IMG/VR virus record: IMGVR_UViG_3300017440_000005
Span: 1 to 38,112 of that record
DNA from: a virus
Reading direction: 5' to 3' (one strand)
Length of the DNA stretch: 38,112 nt
Positions 7,851 through 14,661 of the stretch are shown here, one piece after another. Both the position numbers and the translations under genes were made by a program. Each line of letters begins with the position of its first letter. Position 1 is the stretch's first letter. Under the pieces are notes generated by a model. The model saw nothing but the letters and a program-made list of their open reading frames with translations, ran no database searches and was not told the DNA's origin.

Positions 7851-8172
7851 ACATTCCTTCTACCACATCCACCCTTGACCGCAACAAGAACGTGACAAGT
7901 GCGTGGGTCGTGCTATGGTGTTCAGGCTGTAGCGACGTGGATGGACACGTGGTTCGAATAGCCTGCGACCGGATAGCGCGAGACTTTTGCGGTAGGCCAC
8001 TGCATCAGTCTCAAACTTGAAACTCGGTACTCCGTTGTGATGAGTGGATCGCCTCCACGAAGCAGCGGGTGACGAGCTAACGGGAGGAGCCGAGTGGCGC
8101 TCGGTAAAACGCAGAGCCGGTATCAAGCCCGGCCTACAGCACCTCTACCCCCTCCCCCACCCTTCGCATACA

Positions 8173-8195
8173 CTCTCCCTATCGACTCGGGAGAG
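8173..8195 (-). terminator. hairpin downstream of the last lysis gene (possible terminator)
   Basis: CTCTCCC (8173-8179) pairs with GGGAGAG (8189-8195) around a 9-nt loop, about 50 nt after the stop at 8246; no clear U tract. Confidence 0.35.
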
Positions 8196-8245
8196 CAGCA
8201 TGGGTGAGCAGCACGATCCACCGCCAGGATGCTTGGGAATGCTGT

Positions 8246-8452
8246 TTAGCTGGGTTCCTTCTGCGTTACGGTCACATCCCCGCTATTGGTGGACGCGACT
8301 GGCGTCTTTGGGCGGAACGTCCCGAGCACGCCGATAAGACCGGTCATGATGGCGAGGTCGGCAGGCTTGCCGGTGAAGGCTCCCAACCCGGACAGCACGA
8401 CAATCGCAGCGATCAGTGCTAGGAAGGCAATCAGGTTCTCACGCTCAGTCAT
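8246..8452 (-). CDS. small two-TM membrane protein (holin-like; last gene of the lysis cassette)
   Basis: 68 aa from ATG 8452 (ATGA overlap with the endolysin stop); hydrophobic segments LIAFLALIAAIVVLSGLGAF and LAIMTGLIGVLGTF. Confidence 0.55.
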   Translation of the reverse strand: MTERENLIAFLALIAAIVVLSGLGAFTGKPADLAIMTGLIGVLGTFRPKTPVASTNSGDVTVTQKEPS

Positions 8453-9117
8453 TGCATAGCCTTTGCAAGCTTGGAGTGATAGTCGAAGCGTGCGTAACCT
8501 GGGCCGTTGTAGCCTTTGGCGAACGCGCGGCACGTTTCAGGATCACTCGACAGCGCGCGGATAGCCTTCACCAATCCGAACGTTTCGACATAGCGGCATA
8601 GCGCTTCGTAGTGACCGTATTCGCCTTCCCGCATAGCCCAAGGCATTGCCGTCTCGTCTAGGTAGCCGAGCGCCTTCCAGTGCGATCCCATGATCTGAAA
8701 CCGGCCCCAGCTCGCGGATTGAAAGGCGGCATCCGGGTCTTTGCCGGCCGCGTCCGCCAGCTTCTGCCAGCTACTCTCGCCATAGCCGCCTGCCGACGCG
8801 TTGCTGTAGGTGCACACCGACCACTTGCCTTGCGTGAGGCGATGAAAATAGTGGCGCTCGAACAGGATTTTGGGACGGCCAAGGTCGTCGTATGCGCTAC
8901 CCCCACTTTCCACCTTGGCCACGGCCATCACCTGCTTGCGAGTGCAGCTAAGGCGCTCAGCGATGCCGTCGATCTGATCGGACGTGATAGCCGGCGCAGA
9001 GAGGTTGCTGAACGCCGCTAGAAGCGCGTTGCGGGTGGCGGGGCCGTACTTGCCGTCTACCCCGATGGTGATTGCGCCGTGCTCATTGAGCCAACGCTGT
9101 AGGTCAGCGACGTTCAT
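8449..9117 (-). CDS. endolysin: peptidoglycan-binding domain + N-acetylmuramidase (DUF3380-type)
   Basis: N-terminal LQRWLNEHG...DGKYGPATRNALLAF (PG_binding_1 pattern); KVESGGSAYDDLGRPKILFERHYFHRLT and SWGRFQIMG match the muramidase/DUF3380 family. Confidence 0.85.
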   Translation of the reverse strand: MNVADLQRWLNEHGAITIGVDGKYGPATRNALLAAFSNLSAPAITSDQIDGIAERLSCTRKQVMAVAKVESGGSAYDDLGRPKILFERHYFHRLTQGKWSVCTYSNASAGGYGESSWQKLADAAGKDPDAAFQSASWGRFQIMGSHWKALGYLDETAMPWAMREGEYGHYEALCRYVETFGLVKAIRALSSDPETCRAFAKGYNGPGYARFDYHSKLAKAMQ

Positions 9118-9581
9118 CTCTTCACCTCCGGCAATGTGCTAAGCCTCGCGATGGCGGCTGCGATCATGGGTGAAGGCTCATTGCCCTCAGTGCGCAGGGC
9201 CGATACCTGCTGCTGCAAATCTTTCCGCCGTAATCCCTCGATCGTGACTTGCTGCTCATCAATGCACTGCTGCTGCTCGCCCACCTTGCGCTCTAGCACG
9301 TCAATGCGCCCGAGCAGCTTGTCTTGACCTGCCATGCAGTCGTCGTGACGCTTATCTGCGGCTTCAATTTCGCGGGTGAACCGCGCGGTTGCATCTTCTA
9401 GGAGCTTCCCCATCCGCTCTTCAATTTTCGACTGGCGATTAGTCATCGCGTCGATGAGCGTAGGAAGCACCTTCCACCACGTCAGCAACCCGAAGACGAT
9501 CAGGGTGGCGGTGGTTGTGTACCCGCCGAACCCTTTGATTTCCTGGAGAAAGCCCGTGGCCTCAGCGGCGGTTGCGGTCAT
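9114..9581 (-). CDS. membrane-anchored coiled-coil protein (i-spanin-like or holin-associated)
   Basis: Start at ATG 9581 (ATGA overlap); one TM (TTATLIVFGLLTWW) followed by a long charged heptad-like region. Confidence 0.45.
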   Translation of the reverse strand: MTATAAEATGFLQEIKGFGGYTTTATLIVFGLLTWWKVLPTLIDAMTNRQSKIEERMGKLLEDATARFTREIEAADKRHDDCMAGQDKLLGRIDVLERKVGEQQQCIDEQQVTIEGLRRKDLQQQVSALRTEGNEPSPMIAAAIARLSTLPEVKR

Positions 9582-10111
9582 CGCTGCGACCTGCGCGCTT
9601 GCGTTGCTCCAGTCGCACGGCAAACATTCCGCACCCGATGAGAAAGACGATCAATCCAAGAGACAATGCCAGGCCCCCCAGCAGTGATGAACACAGCAAT
9701 CTGCGCCCAGAACAGGTAATCGAGCCCGGTGTAGTACGCCCCCTGTGGCAGCACACCCAGTTCCCAGAAGAGACAGTGCATTGCGACTTGCGTCAGGCTT
9801 AGCGTGTAGATCGCCATCGCCCACCAGCCGCGACGATGCGACACCCCTTTGTTGACCCACACCCAGCAGGCAAGCGCGCAGATAGCTGTCAGCGCATCCG
9901 CGACCTTCCACACGTCCTCGCTATGGATAAGCAAGCCCCAGGCCCACAGAACCGACACAGGCGGCTCAGGGTCGTAGGATGCAATGTAGTGCGCCCAATT
10001 GAGCGTTATCACCGACACAAGTACGAGTGCCGCCACCCGCTCGCGAGGTGACAATGCGAACACGCACAGCGCTGCAATCAGCAGGCAGAACCCGTTCGCA
10101 AAGTCGTACAT
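9578..10111 (-). CDS. multi-pass membrane protein (lysis-cassette position; holin candidate)
   Basis: 177 aa with about 5 hydrophobic segments, W-rich; coupled to both neighbours. Confidence 0.45.
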   Translation of the reverse strand: MYDFANGFCLLIAALCVFALSPRERVAALVLVSVITLNWAHYIASYDPEPPVSVLWAWGLLIHSEDVWKVADALTAICALACWVWVNKGVSHRRGWWAMAIYTLSLTQVAMHCLFWELGVLPQGAYYTGLDYLFWAQIAVFITAGGPGIVSWIDRLSHRVRNVCRATGATQARRSQR

Positions 10112-10290
10112 CAGTTAGGCTGCTTCGGCGGGGCAGGAGGATTGGTGCCGGTGCCACCACCGCCGCTATCCGTAGCGCCACCACCGCAGCGCTGGTCGAA
10201 GTCAGCTTGCAACGCCGCCTTCTTCACCGGGTCCGTCTCTGCTTCGATCATGCCATGCAGGACAGAGCATTCGATAGGTGCGTCAGTCAT
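10111..10290 (-). CDS. small hypothetical protein (59 aa) with Gly-rich tail
   Basis: ATG 10290 preceded by AAGGAAA; track ORF 10111..10365 trimmed. Confidence 0.4.
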   Translation of the reverse strand: MTDAPIECSVLHGMIEAETDPVKKAALQADFDQRCGGGATDSGGGGTGTNPPAPPKQPN

Positions 10291-10504
10291 TGTTGTTTCC
10301 TTCACCGGATAGCGCCGGCTGCGCAGAGACCCATTCGTCCCATTCCATGATGTCCCAGCCCGCATCGGTGCGGCCCGAGGACTCCGACCGCTTGGACCAA
10401 TCGAAGGCGCTGGCGGGCTGGCGATCGACCTCTACACCGTTGCGATGCTTCACCATCACGAGCACGTCGCCTGCGACCGGCATGGGTCCACCTGTCCACT
10501 TCAT
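10283..10504 (-). CDS. hypothetical protein (73 aa)
   Basis: ATGA overlap with the tailspike stop. Confidence 0.45.
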   Translation of the reverse strand: MKWTGGPMPVAGDVLVMVKHRNGVEVDRQPASAFDWSKRSESSGRTDAGWDIMEWDEWVSAQPALSGEGNNND

Positions 10505-12489
10505 GCCGTCGCTCCTGCGTACTGCGCCGAGATACCCGCGCTGGCGGTCACGTTGGCGATGATGCCGATCTGTCCCGTCGCGTAGATGATGAGCGAGCCG
10601 GTCGACCCGTCAGCGTTGATGACCGGAATCCGCTGATCGGTGCGCGGACGATAGCCGATCGGAAGCGTCGCGATCTGCGTGCCTGCCGTCGTCGTGCCGC
10701 CCGTCAGGATGCCGGTAAGCGATACCTGACCTGCTACATCGCGCGTGAGCATTCCGCCCGACCAGCCTTCCAAGTAAATAAGCGCGCCCGTGCTGTAGTC
10801 CTTGCCGGGCAGTAGCGAGCCGTTCAGCCAGAAGCGGTTCCAGCGCGTGCGGTCGGACACTCCGCCTACGTCAATGATCGGCGTGGTAGGCGCGTTGTCG
10901 ATGATCGCGCCGTTGATCAGCAGCTCCTGCAACTGCGGCGCGGACTCGGTGTAGATCGAGGTGTTGATCGCGTTGTTCTGGACGTTGACGCCGCTGGAAG
11001 GACGGATGCGAACACGGTGCTTGCCCGTCGCCACACCGCTGGCGGGCATGGTCAGCAGCGGACCTCCACAGGCCTGTACGCTGATATCGACCTCGCCACT
11101 CTCGCCACCGATACTCACCGCGCTCGGCTGAAATGCGGTGCCGGTTGCATCAACCACGTCGGCGTAGATATGCGAGCGCACCACCCAGGGATTGGCGTAG
11201 TTGATCGCAGACGGTGCCCGCGCGCCAGTGCCTTCGATGCGTCCGGTCATGTGGCTATCAGCCACCGAGCGCGACATGTTGGTCCCGTTCATCGGAGCGG
11301 TGCCGGGCTGTCCTGCCATGAGCATAACGGCATTCGAGAAGTTGCTATCCAGCCCCACGCCGGTCACGCAGTCCTTCGCGAGCGCGTCCTTGATGCTGCA
11401 CCCAGCGACACCGTGCGTGTTGAACGTGCCGGCTTCGGAAGCCATGTAGAACGCCGCAGCGCTGGTGCGAATGGCGGTCGGCGCGAACGCATGACAGTTA
11501 CGACCGCCAACGATTGACACCGCGCGCGCCTTGCACTCGATGAACAGTCCACCGAACGACTTGATATTCTCCACGATGCCGGGATCAGCCGTGTAGCTGA
11601 CCGCCATCGCCAGCCCGTCGTCACCCGAGCGGTACACGAAGGGGTTGTAAATCTCCGCGTTCTTGCTGTTACGCGTGAAGTGGATTGCGTCTGCCAGCGA
11701 ATACAGCACTCGCGGACGAATGAGCGTCACACCGTCGCAGTTGACAAACAGCATCCCGGCCGCTGCAAACCCGATCGGGTTGCCCGCACCGTCAACACCA
11801 GGCGAACCGATCTCGACATTTTCAATCGTGAGGTTCGTCGCATTTTCACCCGTCAAGCCGTTCAAACGGTTGTCGCCATTGCCGCGTGCAATAGCCCCAC
11901 CGAGATGACGGAAGTTGGCGAGGCGAACGTCAGGGCCGCTGACGGCAATGTTCTGAAAGCCATTGGACAGCGCGCGGAAGGTCGCCCCTAGCCCGTCAAG
12001 GCTGGTCGACACCGCCAAGGGTCCGTCGTGCCGGTACTCAGCGTCGGGGTGAGCCTGTAGCTTGTAGCCCTCGCCCGCCGCGTCAGAAAACGCCTGCTCA
12101 AGCTTGCTTTGCTGCGATACGATCGTGAACGGATCGACCGCCGCCATATAGGCAAGCGTGCGCGGGATAGAGCGATCAAGCGGGAGCGCGATGTTGACCT
12201 GCTGACTATAGCCGATCCGCGACGCACCCGCTCCGTTGGTGAGCTGCCCGATAATGCCTGTGCCGGTGAGTACCCAGCGACCTGCCTGCAACACCGTGCG
12301 GTCGTCGGGCTTGAGCACAGTCGTGCCGTCATCAATCGCGAGTGAGCTTGCGTCAAACGTGAAAAGGCCTAGCTCGCCAGCGAGGAACGTATCGCCGTCT
12401 GCGATGAGCGCTGTCGGGATGGCGCGAAGATCGGTTGCAGTCTCGACCTGCGCCAGATTGCCCGGAAAGGTTACGTTGACAGCAGCCAC
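10501..12489 (-). CDS. tailspike / tail fibre with right-handed beta-helix (polysaccharide depolymerase-like)
   Basis: 662 aa; repetitive beta-helix-like segments (NLTIENVEIGSPGVDG, VNCDGVTLIRPRV, HFTRNSKNAEIYNP); terminal position after the ejection genes, as for P22 gp9; GTG start with GGAG. Confidence 0.65.
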   Translation of the reverse strand: MAAVNVTFPGNLAQVETATDLRAIPTALIADGDTFLAGELGLFTFDASSLAIDDGTTVLKPDDRTVLQAGRWVLTGTGIIGQLTNGAGASRIGYSQQVNIALPLDRSIPRTLAYMAAVDPFTIVSQQSKLEQAFSDAAGEGYKLQAHPDAEYRHDGPLAVSTSLDGLGATFRALSNGFQNIAVSGPDVRLANFRHLGGAIARGNGDNRLNGLTGENATNLTIENVEIGSPGVDGAGNPIGFAAAGMLFVNCDGVTLIRPRVLYSLADAIHFTRNSKNAEIYNPFVYRSGDDGLAMAVSYTADPGIVENIKSFGGLFIECKARAVSIVGGRNCHAFAPTAIRTSAAAFYMASEAGTFNTHGVAGCSIKDALAKDCVTGVGLDSNFSNAVMLMAGQPGTAPMNGTNMSRSVADSHMTGRIEGTGARAPSAINYANPWVVRSHIYADVVDATGTAFQPSAVSIGGESGEVDISVQACGGPLLTMPASGVATGKHRVRIRPSSGVNVQNNAINTSIYTESAPQLQELLINGAIIDNAPTTPIIDVGGVSDRTRWNRFWLNGSLLPGKDYSTGALIYLEGWSGGMLTRDVAGQVSLTGILTGGTTTAGTQIATLPIGYRPRTDQRIPVINADGSTGSLIIYATGQIGIIANVTASAGISAQYAGATA

Positions 12490-12497
12490 ACCCGGCT

Positions 12498-12521
12498 CCC
12501 TGAATAGGCATAGACTCAGGG
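12498..12521. promoter_or_regulatory. perfect 6-bp inverted repeat CCCTGA-N12-TCAGGG in the divergent region
   Basis: Lies 9 nt from the tailspike start codon and upstream of the + strand moron. A -10-like CTATAT (12546-12551) and SD GAGGGAG precede ATG 12571. Confidence 0.35.
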
Positions 12522-12570
12522 TATTTTAGGCGATTACGGGCTGTGCTATATCCTTCTTGAGGGAGTCGGC

Positions 12571-12894
12571 ATGAAGCGGTTCGTTGTTCTATGCTCTTTG
12601 GCAGCGCCAGCGTCTGCGCAGGTCACGAACTGCCAGCTTTATCCTAACGCCGTCTCTTGCCAAACCGCCCCGCAGTCTCGCCTTGATTGGTCGCTCGCTC
12701 AGCCTCGGGTTGATAGTGAGGCGGAGGCTGCCAACTCAATAGCAGCGCAACGCCACGCCGACCTAGCCGCAGCCGCACGCGCTAAGGCGGTTGGCAAGCT
12801 GGTAGCCGATGGCCGCTGCGATGATGCCCGCAAGCTAGCTTTACGTGGCGGCGACTTCGCACTTGCACAGCAAGTTGCTGAGGCGTGCAAGTAA
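12571..12894 (+). CDS. secreted small Cys-containing protein (moron, opposite strand)
   Basis: Signal peptide MKRFVVLCSLAAPASA/QV with an ASA-Q cleavage motif; own SD; the only + strand gene inside the minus-strand late operon. Confidence 0.7.
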   Translation: MKRFVVLCSLAAPASAQVTNCQLYPNAVSCQTAPQSRLDWSLAQPRVDSEAEAANSIAAQRHADLAAAARAKAVGKLVADGRCDDARKLALRGGDFALAQQVAEACK

Positions 12895-12987
12895 GTGCAG
12901 CACGGCCCTCTTTACATCGGCGCAGTCATGGCCGCGAGTACGGCGATACGCATCGGCTTCGTGAAAGCTATTCCGCCGTTCCGTCGC

Positions 12988-14661
12988 TTATCGGCGCGCC
13001 TCTGCTATGGCAGCGGTCGACAACTGGGGCGCTGCCATCGCGCCATAGCGAAGCAATTCCGCCAGGCGCGGTGAAATAGCGCTATCGCGAGTAAGCAATG
13101 GCACCGCCGCCTTCGCAGCCGCATAAGCCGGCAACTGCGCAGCTCCGACAATCAGCGATGGAATGTTTGACTGTTGCCAACGCCCTGCTGTGCCGCTGTC
13201 TGCGATCTCGCTCGGTAGAATGTCGGACGCCGGATCAGCTAAGTCTTGGTTGAGCGCTTCGCCGCGCGCGTAGCCGCGTCGGCGCACAGTATCGCTCGAC
13301 TGCTTGACCGCTTGCGAATAGCCGGCGGGACTGATCCCGGCCTTACTGTTCGCTGATGCGCGCTCTACCTGGACGAGCCCCTTCCACCCTTGGTTGATAG
13401 ATTGAAGCTCACCGGCATATTGCGGGTTCTGCCGCGCGGCTAAGCCATGAAGCGTATCGCGCACTGCTTGGAGAGCATCGCCCAAATCCTGCTGATCCGC
13501 ATCTGGGGACGACGAAAAACGGCGCACGCGGTCACTCAGGCGGGTGTCGATCGCTTTCAGCGCATCGCCCCCTAGCTCGCCCCCGCCCTGCCAATAACGG
13601 CCGAGATCGTTCAGGATCGAGTTGAACTGCGTCACGCGCGACGGCGCAAGAGTCTGCGCGTCGGTGTGGATCGCAGACAGCTCGCTAAGAAACTGGTCGT
13701 CCCCCTGCACTCGTAGGTTCGGCAGCAAACTCTCGTACTTGGCAGACAGCTTATCACCAGCCCACTTTACCGCACCGCGCCCCGGCTTGATGTTGTCCGG
13801 CAGCTTCAAGCCGATCGGCTCCACGGCGCGGTTAATCGTCGCACGCGCGAAGTCGGACAGGGAGCGGTTCCGGTCGCTGACAATGTTGTCGCCTACAAAC
13901 GGCGTGCTCACCGCGCGGTCCTCTGTGCGCGCAACACGCTCACCGAACTTCGTTCCCGTGGATCGCCCGTACTGCCCAGGCGTCACCTTGATCCCGGCGT
14001 TTACGAGCGATTTGATGCCGTCGTCCACCGCCGGCTCGGCAATAGACGATGCACCACGAAGCAGCGCGTGCGCGCCGTACCCGCCGATGCCTCCCACCGT
14101 GGCATCCACTGCAACGCCGAACGGGTCTTTCTTGTCACTGAGAAGCGCTCCGCCCGCCAAGCCTTGCACCAACGCACCGCCACGAAGCGCGCCAAGCGGT
14201 GCGGACGCTACAGCTTCACCGCCGAACCGCCCGATGCCGCGAAGCGTGTCCAAGCCCTTCACAGGCGGCGCAAACGCACCCTCAAGGTCATTCTTACCTG
14301 CCAGCCCGACACTCTTACCTGCACTGAGCAGGTCGTCGCCCCATTGACCGCCGCCCACGAGATCACCTGCGGCGTTTAGTCCCGACACAGCCCAATCAGC
14401 CGCGTGGTCAAGCACGTTGGCAGCACCTTCGCCCGCCCCACGCATTAGCTCACCCACACCGGTTCCCACATCCTGCACAAGCGAGGTTTCGGGGTCGACT
14501 TTTTCGCGCGGCTTTACCCCGCTCTGATCGACCGGATAGTTGGCAGCGACACCCGCCTGCTGCCGCGCAAACGCCTGCAATTCGTCGGGCGTCGCATCAT
14601 CGGGTCCTTCGACCTCAAACGTGCGCTTACCATCGGGCGTCGTGATCTGATAGCGGGCCAT
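12988..14661 (-). CDS. internal virion / ejection protein (P22 gp16 position)
   Basis: 557 aa, Gly/Ala-rich; third of three consecutive genes after the gp10- and gp26-position genes. Confidence 0.5.
   Translation of the reverse strand: MARYQITTPDGKRTFEVEGPDDATPDELQAFARQQAGVAANYPVDQSGVKPREKVDPETSLVQDVGTGVGELMRGAGEGAANVLDHAADWAVSGLNAAGDLVGGGQWGDDLLSAGKSVGLAGKNDLEGAFAPPVKGLDTLRGIGRFGGEAVASAPLGALRGGALVQGLAGGALLSDKKDPFGVAVDATVGGIGGYGAHALLRGASSIAEPAVDDGIKSLVNAGIKVTPGQYGRSTGTKFGERVARTEDRAVSTPFVGDNIVSDRNRSLSDFARATINRAVEPIGLKLPDNIKPGRGAVKWAGDKLSAKYESLLPNLRVQGDDQFLSELSAIHTDAQTLAPSRVTQFNSILNDLGRYWQGGGELGGDALKAIDTRLSDRVRRFSSSPDADQQDLGDALQAVRDTLHGLAARQNPQYAGELQSINQGWKGLVQVERASANSKAGISPAGYSQAVKQSSDTVRRRGYARGEALNQDLADPASDILPSEIADSGTAGRWQQSNIPSLIVGAAQLPAYAAAKAAVPLLTRDSAISPRLAELLRYGAMAAPQLSTAAIAEARR

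Larger units (their letters stand above)
6490..8121 (-). mobile_element. IS200/IS605-family (IS1341-like, TnpB-only) element; ends approximate
   Basis: tnpB has structured non-coding flanks and no tnpA. Candidate target motif TTGAT (minus-sense, 8126-8122) precedes a putative left end with hairpin 8089-8105. The right end is placed only by distance from the stop codon. Confidence 0.45.

Noticed and set aside
7951-7959. GGTTCGAAT T-loop-like motif suggesting a tRNA or tRNA-like element
   Set aside because: The flanking bases (CGTGG / AGCCT) cannot form a T stem, and no acceptor or anticodon arms are apparent.
7860-8126. 88-aa minus-strand ORF immediately upstream of tnpB; it could have been a TnpA or an accessory gene
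   Set aside because: It is Arg/Ser/Pro-rich and has no HUH/Tyr or serine-recombinase motifs. It shows only a weak third-position GC bias, has a TTG start and overlaps several hairpins. It is more likely non-coding left-end sequence.
10111-10290. 59-aa protein with a CGGG segment as an o-spanin lipoprotein
   Set aside because: There is no N-terminal signal peptide or lipobox context, and the Cys lies late in a hydrophilic sequence.
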